Positions 38,002 through 47,724 of a stretch of DNA of 64,000 nucleotides are shown here, piece by piece. The DNA is taken from positions 116,833 to 180,832 of the forward strand of contig CAYUZE010000002.1 of assembly GCA_964449585.1 (NCBI GenBank). The letters are read 5' to 3'. The stretch is from an uncultured Gammaproteobacteria bacterium. GTDB taxonomy: Bacteria; Patescibacteriota; Microgenomatia; UBA10105; UBA927. Under the pieces are notes generated by a model, which made no database searches, was not told the DNA's origin, and was given only the letters and a program-made list of their open reading frames with translations. Positions within the stretch are counted from its first letter, which is position 1. Every line of letters begins with the position of its first letter. The translations under genes were made by a program, and so were the position numbers.

Positions 38002-40551
38002 TTAATGATGGTAATACAAATGGCGTCCGTATTTCTTGCGGAGCTCGGAAGCGATAAGGAGTAAGCTCGTGATCGCCACGCTTGCCACCGAGAATATAAT
38101 CGGCGGTGCCGTGGTTTCAAACACTTTTTCAAATGCCGGCACCTCCAACAGCAGAACCTGCATAATGATGATGACAACGGGAAGCAAAATCCACGGGAAC
38201 TTCTTGGGCGAGAGTTTGAGAATCGTCTTGTTGCGGCTTGCGATGTCGTAGAAGATGTATTGCTGTGCCAAAATAATGGCCAAAAACGCGAGCGTACGCC
38301 CCAGCGTGATATCGACCTTGGAGCCTATCACAAACGAAACCAGTGTCGCCACCGTGGTGATGAGTCCCACTTCGATAAACCAGATCACGTCATGTTTATT
38401 GAAAATGGCCTTTTCCGTACGCGGTTTCTGACTCATAATGTCTCCCTGTTTCGGAGTAAGGGATAAGCCGATGGCGGGGAGTCCGTCCGTGACCAGGTTA
38501 ACGTACAGGATATGTAGCGGGCTTAAGATAAACGGCCATCCCAAAAGAACGCCGCCCGTAATGGCACCGATTTCTCCGAGATTACAGCCGATCAGGTATT
38601 TGGTCGTCGATTTGATATTGTCAAAAATGGTGCGCCCTTCTTCGATGGCAACGACAAGCGATGCGTAATTATCATCCGTGATAATCATGTCGGACGCTTC
38701 TTTGGCCACGTCGGTACCCGTAATTCCCATGGCGACGCCGACATCCGCCTGTTTGAGCGCCAGGGCGTCATTGACGCCGTCGCCCGTGACTGCCACGACA
38801 TGTCCCATTTTCTGGAGCAAACGGACGATGCGATACTTCTGTTCGGGTGTGGTGCGGGCAAAGATGCGGGTCTTTTCCAATGCTTTCATGGCTTCCGCGT
38901 CGGAAAGTTTCTCAAATTGGGCGCCCGTGAGTACCTGATCGCCTTTTTGTAACAAGCCGACTTCGGCGCCGATTGCCTGGGCGGTGAGCTCGTTATCTCC
39001 CGTGATCATCACGGTTGTAATGCCCGCCCGTTGGGCAAGTTTTACCGCACCCGCAATCTGCGGCCGGGGAGGATCGGCAATACCCACAAATCCCAAAAAG
39101 ATCAGATCATGTTCCACCTTTTCCCGGGGCTGGTTTTTCCAGGTGATTTCCTTTTTGGCAAGCGCGATCATGCGAAGCCCCTTGGCGGCAAAGGTCCGGA
39201 AGGCTTTTTCAATCTTTTTGCGTTCGGTGTCGGAAAGTTCCATGACTTTTCCGCCCGTTTTGTAGCGGTTACATTGCAGAAGTACCGACTCGGGAGCTCC
39301 TTTGGTAAAGGCCGTGGTCGTTTTGCCCTGTTGCCACACGACGGTCATCATTTTCACCAGGGAATTGAACGCAAATTCTTCGACGAGTTTGCCGTCATTG
39401 CGGAACTCTTCAGGCTGTTTGCCCATATCATGGGAAAATAACAACAGCGATCCTTCCGTCTTGTCGCCGATGACGGTCGGCGGCTCGCCTTTGTAGACGA
39501 CGGAAAGGCTGGCGTTGTTGCACAGTACGCCGACCTCCAGAAGTTCCGACAGGTGCGCGGGTTGCTTCTTTTGCAGTTCGGCAATTTTGTGCGAAACTCC
39601 CGACGCCCATACGTCGGTTACGCGCATGTCATTTTGGGTAAGCGTCCCCGTTTTGTCAGTGGCTATTACCGTGACACTGCCCAACGACTCGATGGCGGAT
39701 AATTTTCGGAGGATCGCGCGTTGCCTGGCCATGCGTTGGGTACCCACGGCAAGGGTGATTGTGACCACGGCCGGCAGACCCTCGGGGACGGCGGCAACGG
39801 CAAGGCTGATGGCGGTAAGAATCGATTCAAACAGCGGGTCCTTTCGAATAAACCCCAAGCCGAAAATAATGCCTGCACACGTGAGTGCGACAACGCCTAA
39901 CTGTTTGCCCAATACCGCCATTTTCTTCTCCAGCGGCGTTTCTTCGTCCGTGATTTCACCTAGTTTAGTCGCGATCGAGCCGAATTTGGTGCGCATACCC
40001 GTTTGAGTAACTTTTGCGGTCGCCCTTCCTTGCGTAACGATCGTGCCCATGTATATCTCGTTATCGGTTGTCGTGTTTTTTTCGACGGGGAGCGATTCAC
40101 CGGTCAGCGCCGCTTCGTTAAATTCCACATGAAGCGCCTCGATAAGTATGGCGTCTGCGGGGACTTTGTCTCCTTCTTCGAGGAAGATGATATCTCCGGG
40201 GACAATATCGGTACTGGGAAGTTCCTTTACCTGATTATCCCGAAGCACTTTCACCACGCCTACCGTCATGCGTTTGAGCGCCGCAAGCGCTTTTTCCGCT
40301 TTAAATTCCTGGGCAAATCCCAAGATGGCATTCAGAATAAGGATGGTGAGAATGAGGATACCGTCAAGTTCATCACCCAGAATAAACGAGAGACCCGCCG
40401 CACCCATCAGCATGAGGACGAGGATGTTTTTGAACTGGTCAATGAAGATAGAGAGCGGAGAGTGAGCCGACGCCTCGCTTAGCGCGTTTGGGCCGAATTT
40501 CGTGAGTAGCTCGGCGGCTTTGGTACTCGAAAGATGTGGCGTACGTATCAC
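38002..40551 (-). CDS. Cation-translocating P-type ATPase (P2A/Ca2+-type)
   Basis: TGES, VPEGLP, DKTGTLT, KGAPE, MITGD, TGDGVNDA, VNLVTDGLPA. Confidence 0.95.
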   Translation of the reverse strand: MIRTPHLSSTKAAELLTKFGPNALSEASAHSPLSIFIDQFKNILVLMLMGAAGLSFILGDELDGILILTILILNAILGFAQEFKAEKALAALKRMTVGVVKVLRDNQVKELPSTDIVPGDIIFLEEGDKVPADAILIEALHVEFNEAALTGESLPVEKNTTTDNEIYMGTIVTQGRATAKVTQTGMRTKFGSIATKLGEITDEETPLEKKMAVLGKQLGVVALTCAGIIFGLGFIRKDPLFESILTAISLAVAAVPEGLPAVVTITLAVGTQRMARQRAILRKLSAIESLGSVTVIATDKTGTLTQNDMRVTDVWASGVSHKIAELQKKQPAHLSELLEVGVLCNNASLSVVYKGEPPTVIGDKTEGSLLLFSHDMGKQPEEFRNDGKLVEEFAFNSLVKMMTVVWQQGKTTTAFTKGAPESVLLQCNRYKTGGKVMELSDTERKKIEKAFRTFAAKGLRMIALAKKEITWKNQPREKVEHDLIFLGFVGIADPPRPQIAGAVKLAQRAGITTVMITGDNELTAQAIGAEVGLLQKGDQVLTGAQFEKLSDAEAMKALEKTRIFARTTPEQKYRIVRLLQKMGHVVAVTGDGVNDALALKQADVGVAMGITGTDVAKEASDMIITDDNYASLVVAIEEGRTIFDNIKSTTKYLIGCNLGEIGAITGGVLLGWPFILSPLHILYVNLVTDGLPAIGLSLTPKQGDIMSQKPRTEKAIFNKHDVIWFIEVGLITTVATLVSFVIGSKVDITLGRTLAFLAIILAQQYIFYDIASRNKTILKLSPKKFPWILLPVVIIIMQVLLLEVPAFEKVFETTAPPIIFSVASVAITSLLLIASELRKKYGRHLYYHH

Positions 40552-40582
40552 GAGATGAAAGATAGTATAGCAAAGTCCGCCG

Positions 40583-41509
40583 TTACAAGGAAAGGGTTAT
40601 TTTGTATACCGGAAAATCTTTCCCTCCCAGATCATACTTATACCGTTCGCTTCCCTGAAGGAAGTTGTAGTGCGTGAGTTTCTGCTCGATCGCCCAGGCG
40701 ATCGTCTTTACTTTTATATACCAGCCTGCGCCCGGATACTGCGGATCAAACCCCGAATTATAGAGGAGTAATGCATCACGAGTCTGAAACGCCAGGGTTA
40801 CGGCAATGATTTTTTCGCCTGCCGTTAACACAAACTGGCGAAGCGAATCGGGTGCAACAGCGGGGAGTCCCGCAAAAAATTCCGTCACCTCGGTGGTCAA
40901 AAATGTCGCTTTATCCGTATCATGCTTCATGAGGAAGATGAGATCGTTGATGCGTATGGCATCGGTTTCCCGTACGGAAAAGGTGAGATCGGTATGCTCC
41001 GCTTCAAACTTCTTCATTTTACGGCGCAATTCATGGCGATCCTTGCGATCGAGCGCGGCAAGATACCCTTCATAAGAATCGGGAAGCGTAAGGATCGGTG
41101 TCGTGTCTTCTTGTGAGATATCAGCGCCCGGCACGGTACGAAAATACGCAAGCGTCGGGGAGCCTTCGGGGATATTCCGAAGCAAGAGGGACGTTGCTTT
41201 TTGTTCCTTGAGTGCAGGAAGGGCTTCTTGCCAGAGCGATAGTTTAGTATCGTCGTCGCCTATGGCGTCAAGATAATCGGCGATTTCCTCTCCCCCCGTA
41301 AAGTGAACGATGCCGTCCTTTACGGCAAGCGGAAGGATAACCGATCCTGCAGAATCGGCAACGAGCGAAAGCGTTTCATTCGCCCCAAAGTGGGAATACC
41401 AGTGCGCATGCCAGGACAGGGTAGAAAACGGATACGGATTTTTTTCCCGTGCGAGCGCCTTTTCCCACAACGAAGAAATGGTCGGCGTAAATTGCGTAAA
41501 AATCTCCAT
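40583..41509 (-). CDS. GNAT-fold acetyltransferase (CelD/BcsL-like)
   Basis: PFSTLSW...ADYLD...RHELRRK...YNSGFDP...YNFLQGSERYKYDLG. Confidence 0.85.
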   Translation of the reverse strand: MEIFTQFTPTISSLWEKALAREKNPYPFSTLSWHAHWYSHFGANETLSLVADSAGSVILPLAVKDGIVHFTGGEEIADYLDAIGDDDTKLSLWQEALPALKEQKATSLLLRNIPEGSPTLAYFRTVPGADISQEDTTPILTLPDSYEGYLAALDRKDRHELRRKMKKFEAEHTDLTFSVRETDAIRINDLIFLMKHDTDKATFLTTEVTEFFAGLPAVAPDSLRQFVLTAGEKIIAVTLAFQTRDALLLYNSGFDPQYPGAGWYIKVKTIAWAIEQKLTHYNFLQGSERYKYDLGGKDFPVYKITLSL

Positions 41510-41515
41510 ATGTGT

Positions 41516-41523
41516 ATTATAAT
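41516..41523. promoter_or_regulatory. Palindromic ATTATAAT: overlapping -10 boxes for two divergent genes
   Basis: TATAAT on both strands, 6 nt and 8 nt from the ATGs at 41509 and 41532. Confidence 0.65.
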
Positions 41524-41531
41524 CCACAGAC

Positions 41532-42212
41532 ATGAAAAAGACCGTATTTTGTGTGATAGCGCACCCCGACGATGAAGCGTTCGGTCCGTCGGGAACGATT
41601 GCGATTCTTGCCAAGACGTATGACGTGCACGTTATTTGCGTGACGGACGGCGCTTCCGATCCGCGGTTTCACCCGGTCGGCGGCAAAACGCTTGCCGACA
41701 TGCGGAAAGAAGAGCTCGCCGCATCGGCCAATGCGTTGGGAGTGTCCAAAGTACATATGTTGGGTTTTGCGGACGGCACGCTCAACAATAATACATACCA
41801 TGCAATAGCCGATGCCCTGCAAAAGCTTGTTGACGCACACAAGCCCTCGCTTCTTATCACCACGGAGCTTCGGGGTGTTTCCGGGCACCTGGATCACGTC
41901 GCCGTTGCGATGGTAACAAGCTACGTGTATAGCAAAAATGCCGATATCGATGCGATTTGGTATAACTGCGCCAGCCGCGATGTGAGTGATAGCATGCAGG
42001 ATTACTTTGTCTTTTTCCCTCCCGGGTTTTTGCGGGAAGAAGTGGATATGGTCGTGGATATCTCGGGCGTATTTACCCAAAAAGTCGCCGCCGCACATTG
42101 CCATACCTCACAGCAAAAAGATGTGGATCGCGTGGTGACCCGCTGGATGACTGTCCCCAAGGAAGAATGGTTTTTTGTGACCAAACGTCGGGATGTGGCA
42201 ATCGCGCGTTAG
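41532..42212 (+). CDS. PIG-L/LmbE family deacetylase
   Basis: AHPDDE, TDG, R.EELAASA..LG, SGHLDH, HTSQ. Confidence 0.9.
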   Translation: MKKTVFCVIAHPDDEAFGPSGTIAILAKTYDVHVICVTDGASDPRFHPVGGKTLADMRKEELAASANALGVSKVHMLGFADGTLNNNTYHAIADALQKLVDAHKPSLLITTELRGVSGHLDHVAVAMVTSYVYSKNADIDAIWYNCASRDVSDSMQDYFVFFPPGFLREEVDMVVDISGVFTQKVAAAHCHTSQQKDVDRVVTRWMTVPKEEWFFVTKRRDVAIAR

Positions 42213-42213
42213 G

Positions 42214-42681
42214 TTATCCGCGCTTGGACTTCTTTACCAATTTGGCGATATAGACGATTTCGCGAACCTCACCGTCCTCGCCTTCAATCTCGTTTGTGCC
42301 TGAAAGTTTGGCGTATTCGCGCAGATACTCCGACTGGGCGGTAGCCAAGTATTTGTTTTCCTGCGTCATGTCTTTCACTTTTTCCGCGATCTGTTTGGTG
42401 GCGGGGTTTTGCATGACGGCGGCCTTTGCTTTGCCCTTCTCCTTATTGGCTTCTTTGGCTTTGTCGGCGGCTTCTTTGTACGTGCTGTCGTTTAGAAGCG
42501 CACTTTCGAGCATCTCCTTGTACTTTTTGAGCTCGTTTTTGTTACGGTCAATGACGGTGACCGTATTTTTGATCATGTTTTCAAGCTCAAGCACCGTATC
42601 GGCACTCGGGCTATCGGAGGAAACTTCGGGAGCAATAACATCGGCATCCTGTACGGAATCGGGAGAAAGTTGATCATTCAT
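42214..42681 (-). CDS. Hypothetical coiled-coil protein
   Basis: Lys/Glu-rich helical ORF ending GTNEIEGEDGEVREIVYIAKLVKK. Confidence 0.75.
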   Translation of the reverse strand: MNDQLSPDSVQDADVIAPEVSSDSPSADTVLELENMIKNTVTVIDRNKNELKKYKEMLESALLNDSTYKEAADKAKEANKEKGKAKAAVMQNPATKQIAEKVKDMTQENKYLATAQSEYLREYAKLSGTNEIEGEDGEVREIVYIAKLVKKSKRG

Positions 42682-42766
42682 ATCCAACTATTTAAAAGCA
42701 AAAGTACTCCTTCACGCAAGAGGGGAAACGGTTGATGAAAAGCTTTAAATAGCCTATAATACACAG

Positions 42767-43156
42767 ATGACCATTAGGGAGACCATATTTCAGCCTGCCA
42801 TATTTCCCGAGCAAACGACACTCGCCGGTGTTGATCGCGCAATAAGAGGTTATACGGGCACGCCGCTTGTACATTGGTATCGCCAGCCGGGGGTGTACAC
42901 GCTCAACGATCTCAGGTGGAATAATGTCTCGCATAACTGGAAGCTGACGGTCCGAACGGACGGCACGGGATTATTGGAGATTCAACCGACCAGGGAAGAC
43001 GCGGTGATCGCTCAGCTGGGTATTCCGGGTGAATTTTTGCAGGTCTCGACCGTGTTACGGCGAAAAAGCGCACCGGCGGTACTCCTCGGGTCGCAACATA
43101 TGCCGGGCGGATCGCGGAACGTCATTTTCAAAATGCTTGAGTACGTGGAAGAGTAA
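42767..43156 (+). CDS. Hypothetical protein
   Basis: TTGATG-17 nt-TATAAT-6 nt-ATG; 129 aa. Confidence 0.6.
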   Translation: MTIRETIFQPAIFPEQTTLAGVDRAIRGYTGTPLVHWYRQPGVYTLNDLRWNNVSHNWKLTVRTDGTGLLEIQPTREDAVIAQLGIPGEFLQVSTVLRRKSAPAVLLGSQHMPGGSRNVIFKMLEYVEE

Positions 43157-43203
43157 ATCGCCGGATTGTTGGTAATTCGGACTCAGTACAATAGAATCAA
43201 TAT

Positions 43204-43452
43204 ATGCGTGGACAAATAAAAGAAGAGGAACCCCTCTGCAAAGACTGCAAAGCGTTTGTCGCGGCCGGCAAGCGCGGGATGCTTCAGTTTCCTGACGGAA
43301 GATTTTACTTGGTCACCGGACGCTGTGGCAATGAGCAAAGTCAACTGAAGGGCAAGGATCTCGCCGGGGCTTTTACCGCCTCAACCAACGCGGTGCATCA
43401 TAAGCTAGCTAACATCACCACTCGAATAACCTGCTTTGTGAGGAAAACCTAA
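43204..43452 (+). CDS. Small hypothetical protein with CxxC
   Basis: TAGAAT 6 nt before the ATG; CKDC...C...C. Confidence 0.55.
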   Translation: MRGQIKEEEPLCKDCKAFVAAGKRGMLQFPDGRFYLVTGRCGNEQSQLKGKDLAGAFTASTNAVHHKLANITTRITCFVRKT

Positions 43453-43664
43453 AGCTTCTCTTCTTCTTTTCTTTTGCGTTTCGGTCGAATTGAGCGCTTT
43501 TCGTGTTTTTTCCACTCTTTCTCATCTTCGCCCACGGGAAAGCACGGCATGGGGCAGATCATGGAGTCGCCGGGAATTTCGTTGAGATTCGGTCGAGGAA
43601 TTTCCACTTCATGACCGTCACCCCAATCAAATGTTTTCTTTTTTGTTTCAGTATTGGCACTCAT
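43449..43664 (-). CDS. Small hypothetical protein
   Basis: 71 aa from ATG 43664; the longer ORF in the track overlaps tRNA-Glu. Confidence 0.45.
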   Translation of the reverse strand: MSANTETKKKTFDWGDGHEVEIPRPNLNEIPGDSMICPMPCFPVGEDEKEWKKHEKRSIRPKRKRKEEEKL

Positions 43665-43730
43665 AAGAAATGAAAGGAGATTATACCAATTTGTGGTGTT
43701 TTTTGTTACAATTATAGAGTTCTCTTGACC

Positions 43731-43804
43731 GCCCCCTTCGTCTAGCGGCCTAGGACAACGGGTTTTCAGCCCGTGAATCGCCGGTTCGAATCCGGCAGGG
43801 GGTA
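43731..43804 (+). tRNA. tRNA-Glu (TTC)
   Basis: GCCCCCTTCGTCTAGCGGCCTAGGACAACGGGTT-TTC-AGCCCGTGAATCGCCGGTTCGAATCCGGCAGGGGGTA. Confidence 0.96.
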
Positions 43805-43868
43805 CATACAAAAAAAGCCCGGCATTTGCCGTCTTTCGATTTGAATGGGGTATGAGATTCCTATCGTG

Positions 43869-44513
43869 CTAACCCTCAGCACGCAACGCTGTTACGACGC
43901 CCTGATACACCTCTTCCGGCTGACCGATCGCGCGGACGTGCAACGAGTGCCAACCGTTTTCCCGTATCGCCTTCATACGAAACCCCAGCATGTCATAAAA
44001 ATGCCCCAGCCGACGTATAACACCCTGGGGCGTATCGTCCTCCCTTGCTCTCGCATTTTCGCCCGACACTAACCTAACGAGGCTTAACCAACCCGGGATT
44101 CTGAGTGATACGACGGTCACCGGCATATCTAATTGTGTTTCTTGTAGCAATCGGGGGTAGCCCCGGGTTTCTTCTACGGTTCTAAATGGCCCGTCCAATA
44201 TAAAGCCGCGGGTTAAGTCCCCCTGAGCAAACCGCCGCCTCATGACGTCAAGCAACATGTATGGCGGAAAATACGCATTTTCCGCAAACATTTTTCTTGC
44301 CGCCTCCCCGATTTCCGTGGTGTCATTTTTTGCATATTCACGTAAAAGGTCGCCGGGATACACACGCGGCAATCCGGTTTCTGCGGCCAACCGTTTGGTG
44401 ATGGTGGATTTTCCCGAGCCTTCGGGACCGATGATTCCGATAATCTTGCCTTCAAATCGTGTCATAGTATTTCGTTTCTTGGCGATTATACGCTCTTGCC
44501 GTGAATTTTTCAT
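43869..44513 (-). CDS. Adenylate kinase-like nucleoside monophosphate kinase
   Basis: GPEGSGKST, GDLLRE, FILDGPFR, short LID (AREDD). Confidence 0.85.
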   Translation of the reverse strand: MKNSRQERIIAKKRNTMTRFEGKIIGIIGPEGSGKSTITKRLAAETGLPRVYPGDLLREYAKNDTTEIGEAARKMFAENAYFPPYMLLDVMRRRFAQGDLTRGFILDGPFRTVEETRGYPRLLQETQLDMPVTVVSLRIPGWLSLVRLVSGENARAREDDTPQGVIRRLGHFYDMLGFRMKAIRENGWHSLHVRAIGQPEEVYQGVVTALRAEG

Positions 44514-44662
44514 GTTTTAGGCGACTTGCATTGTGAAGGGTGAAAGTACAGACCTATCCCGATGTGAGAAGAGAAGCGCACCTCCGAAGTGTGTGAGGGT
44601 TAGAAGTAGGGAGTAAGGTACCCCGTATATGGCACGCTAAAATTTTTCGCGCACGGAATTGC

Positions 44663-44860
44663 TTAACTTCGTTCTTTGGCAGTTGCCGATTGGGAATATT
44701 TTTCCTTAAGCTCTTCGGCTTGCCGTTCAATAAAAATTCTTCTCCGATGCATTTCTACAATGGGTTTATCCAATCTGCCGAATTTTGAAATCCAATGACG
44801 AATGTGTTCACGAATTTCGCGAGCTGATTGCTCGGATATTTTTCTCGGTCGAATAGTCAT
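44663..44860 (-). CDS. Small hypothetical protein
   Basis: 65-aa charged ORF; start uncertain. Confidence 0.4.
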   Translation of the reverse strand: MTIRPRKISEQSAREIREHIRHWISKFGRLDKPIVEMHRRRIFIERQAEELKEKYSQSATAKERS

Positions 44861-44933
44861 ATATATGTTATGTATTTCTATATAAATTTCCCTTTTGAGT
44901 GTTACAGCGAATATTAAATCTTTCAAAATTTTG

Positions 44934-45302
44934 TTAGCGACGCGTGTATGCGTGTGATTTTTTCCGCCAGGATTTGGCGCCGGTTATGTTAGTAAGCTCC
45001 TTCATAACCAACGCATCATTTTCTCTATTGGTGACGGTGCCGATAATTTTCTTACCGGTGAGGCTAACGATCATGCCTGTTTTTCCTTCCCCCGGGACGA
45101 TACGAATGCTATGGCCTCGTTCATTCGGAAAAAGCGGATCGGTCATGTCAGCGCTTGCCCAATCGTCGCCGGGTATATCAAGTGCACTTATTCTGTCACA
45201 TTGATTTTCGAGCTTTTCCCGTGCATCACCTTTGCTTCTCCGAGCCATTACATCGTTCCGGAGTCTTCTTATTGCTGAAAGAATTTCTAGCGGTGATGCC
45301 AT
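44934..45302 (-). CDS. Hypothetical protein
   Basis: 122-aa ORF co-oriented with its neighbours. Confidence 0.55.
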   Translation of the reverse strand: MASPLEILSAIRRLRNDVMARRSKGDAREKLENQCDRISALDIPGDDWASADMTDPLFPNERGHSIRIVPGEGKTGMIVSLTGKKIIGTVTNRENDALVMKELTNITGAKSWRKKSHAYTRR

Positions 45303-45341
45303 ATCGGTGTAAGCGTATAGAAATCGGGTACCGATAGCCGA

Positions 45342-45743
45342 TTATCTCATATCTTCAGCAAGGCGGGATGCCGCAGGTTTTCGCGGATACCGTGCCTTGT
45401 CGTGTTTAAGAAGTGATTCCAACCCTTCAATGACGAACGGATACACGAGTTCATGGTGCCGGGCATTTTCATAGAGACGGGTGAGATGTGTACCGTTATT
45501 CCGTTTGCGCAGGCGATACCGCATATTTCTTGACCCGTCCGTCCCTCGCAGACTATCCGTTTCTGCCTGGGTAACACCACGACATGCCAATAGCAGAATC
45601 TTGAGCTCTTCTAGGGTGTACGCAAAATCACCCGCTTCAATAAGCAGTCGTTTTCCGCCTCGCCCGTTCACGCGGTAACAGCGAATTTCCTTTCCGAGAT
45701 AGAGCGGAATTCTTGGTTGTGCAGATTCTTTCACGAAGGGCAT
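45342..45743 (-). CDS. Hypothetical protein with a degenerate LuxR-type HTH
   Basis: YTLEELKILLLACRGVTQAE...RYRLRKR...LYENARHHEL resembles a LuxR C-terminal domain. Confidence 0.45.
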   Translation of the reverse strand: MPFVKESAQPRIPLYLGKEIRCYRVNGRGGKRLLIEAGDFAYTLEELKILLLACRGVTQAETDSLRGTDGSRNMRYRLRKRNNGTHLTRLYENARHHELVYPFVIEGLESLLKHDKARYPRKPAASRLAEDMR

Positions 45744-45825
45744 AGTATATCACAACTATAGGTCTTAATCGAGCGACTTACCACATCTATGAATTTTTTC
45801 CGGGGATGCGCTAGTATGGTTGTAT

Positions 45826-46149
45826 ATGAAAAATTTTCTGATCATTCTCATCGTATTGGGGGTACTTGGAGGAGCGGGGTATTACGGGTACCAGTACCTT
45901 GCCAAGCCCGCGTTTCCGACGCAGGCGACGGAAGAAAGCACGGGTTCCCAAACGGATACGGTGAGCGGGCTCCTTATGCCCGGAAAAGGGGATGATTACA
46001 GCTATATATTGCGCACTGATCAGGGAAAGACCGTCGGCATCGCTTCGCAAAAGATCGATCTCTCGGCATATTCCGGAAAGAAAGTGACGATTACGGGGTC
46101 CTATTCCGGTAGCACGCTTTATGCCTATACCGTTAGTGAAACGGAGTGA
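45826..46149 (+). CDS. Membrane-anchored OB-fold-like protein
   Basis: N-terminal TM; IDLSAYSGKKVTITG.YSG.TLY pattern. Confidence 0.7.
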   Translation: MKNFLIILIVLGVLGGAGYYGYQYLAKPAFPTQATEESTGSQTDTVSGLLMPGKGDDYSYILRTDQGKTVGIASQKIDLSAYSGKKVTITGSYSGSTLYAYTVSETE

Positions 46150-46161
46150 GACGGGGCACTA

Positions 46162-46500
46162 TTAGGCGAAGAGTGACTGTCGGTGCAACGTGTTTGCCAA
46201 GGCGTGAAGCAGTTTTGCCCATTTTTGATGATCGGCGATACCACGCTGATATTCTTTCTCCAGCTCGGTGTATTGGGTGCAAAATTGATCAAACGTCGGG
46301 CGGAATTTTTCGCGGAGATTTCGCTCGGATAACGCATCGATATTTTTTCGGGTAAGTTTCAAAAATAGCGTGATGTTTGACTGTTGTTGACTGAAGCCCT
46401 TCAGTGTCCAATTGCCGATCTGGATAAGATTGCCTGCAATATCCTGGATAATCTCTCGGGAGTTAGTAGGATCGATTGACTGGTGAGGTGTAGATTTAAT
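46162..46500 (-). CDS. Hypothetical helical protein, apparently starting at ATT
   Basis: The frame is open 46 codons upstream of the TTG in the track; TATACT lies 7 nt before ATT at 46500. Confidence 0.5.
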   Translation of the reverse strand: MKSTPHQSIDPTNSREIIQDIAGNLIQIGNWTLKGFSQQQSNITLFLKLTRKNIDALSERNLREKFRPTFDQFCTQYTELEKEYQRGIADHQKWAKLLHALANTLHRQSLFA

Positions 46501-46619
46501 ACTTCTTAGTATAATCGGTTTTCGGAAAATTGTACAGTTAGCTTTTTTTGTCCGAAGGCCAATGGGGGGATAGGTTCGAAGAAAAAAAAGAGAGTATTCT
46601 CAACGGATACGTCTTTTCA

Positions 46620-46853
46620 TCAAGACCCCGCAAACATTTCTGTTGCCGCTTTTCGTGCTGTTTCCGTTCGTCGTTTTACAAATGCATCCAGTTTTTTCCC
46701 TTTTAATCCCATCGCTTTGCCTTCCAATACAAATTCCGGAGCCGCCCAGTCCAGTACATTTGCCACATGATCGGCGGGCATCGGGGCGACGGAGGGCGCA
46801 AGCCTGGGGTGCCCTTGCGGTCGTTTTAACAATAACTTTGCTCTTTCTAACAT
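46620..46853 (-). CDS. Small hypothetical protein
   Basis: TATAAT 6 nt before ATG 46853. Confidence 0.55.
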   Translation of the reverse strand: MLERAKLLLKRPQGHPRLAPSVAPMPADHVANVLDWAAPEFVLEGKAMGLKGKKLDAFVKRRTETARKAATEMFAGS

Positions 46854-46928
46854 GGCCATATTATACCATGAATCATGCAAATATGTCCTATAGTTGATTG
46901 TTATAGCTTCATTTACTATAATTCGGTG

Positions 46929-47597
46929 ATGGTAATGACCGAAACACCGTCACGCCTTTCCCCCAAAGAACGCATGCGGGTGCGTGACCTCATCGCCAAA
47001 CAACCGACACTTCCGTTTCTTGAGGTCGGCTATCACTTGCGCAATGAAGCAGAAGCAAAAGATATGTTGGAGCTCCTCGATACCTTTGCGCCGAACCGAA
47101 TATACGCCGGACTCGCGGGTTGCAGAAAAGCGGGGGTCGTTATCCACTCCGAGCGTCGGCTCAGGATGAAATATCGCGATGCAATGTCGCTTGCAACGAT
47201 ACGGGGTATCCGACGGGAATGGCCGCTTGTTGCAGGACACGTGGACGGCAGGTTGCCGCTTGAACTTCCGACAATCAAACATGAAAAGATTGCCAATAGG
47301 CCCGCAAATAGATTTTTTTATGACATCGACCTTGCCGTCATCGATAAGGATGCGACTGAGGCCACGCGTTTTGAAGCAGAAATAGGGACGTTAAGCGGTA
47401 CAAAAATTGAGTTATTCATCCTTTCACCGCAACGATTGCTTACCGAAGGTCATCCGTTTTATCCGTCCATTTTCTATAATTCACTCCGTCTGCCGTACCC
47501 GTATATACGGCATCGAAAAGACGTAAATTTTGACCGTATCTTTGCGGGATGGCGCAAAGAAGGGAGAAAGGCCAATTTGTCCGTCGAAGGACGTTAG
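46929..47597 (+). CDS. Hypothetical protein, possible nucleotidyltransferase fold
   Basis: TATAAT 6 nt before the ATG; YDIDLAVI and KIELFIL resemble Pol-beta-type carboxylate strands. Confidence 0.5.
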   Translation: MVMTETPSRLSPKERMRVRDLIAKQPTLPFLEVGYHLRNEAEAKDMLELLDTFAPNRIYAGLAGCRKAGVVIHSERRLRMKYRDAMSLATIRGIRREWPLVAGHVDGRLPLELPTIKHEKIANRPANRFFYDIDLAVIDKDATEATRFEAEIGTLSGTKIELFILSPQRLLTEGHPFYPSIFYNSLRLPYPYIRHRKDVNFDRIFAGWRKEGRKANLSVEGR

Positions 47598-47724
47598 GCA
47601 ACCATATATCCCATACTTGATGCCAGCCGCTTGTATCCCTCCGTCACTTTCCGAATCGGAACAAATGGTGAGACTATTCGCAAATGCGCCGCCAAACCGG
47701 CCATTTTGCTATAATCACGGTACC

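Noticed and set aside
43665-43811. ORF extensions across tRNA genes (also 4635-4688, 5243-5635, 35805-36195)
   Set aside because: These are chance open frames over tRNA sequence.
44514-44660. Intergenic region upstream of the kinase gene with a small UUCG hairpin
   Set aside because: Only one weak stem and no match to the tRNA-leader motif; not enough to call an RNA element.
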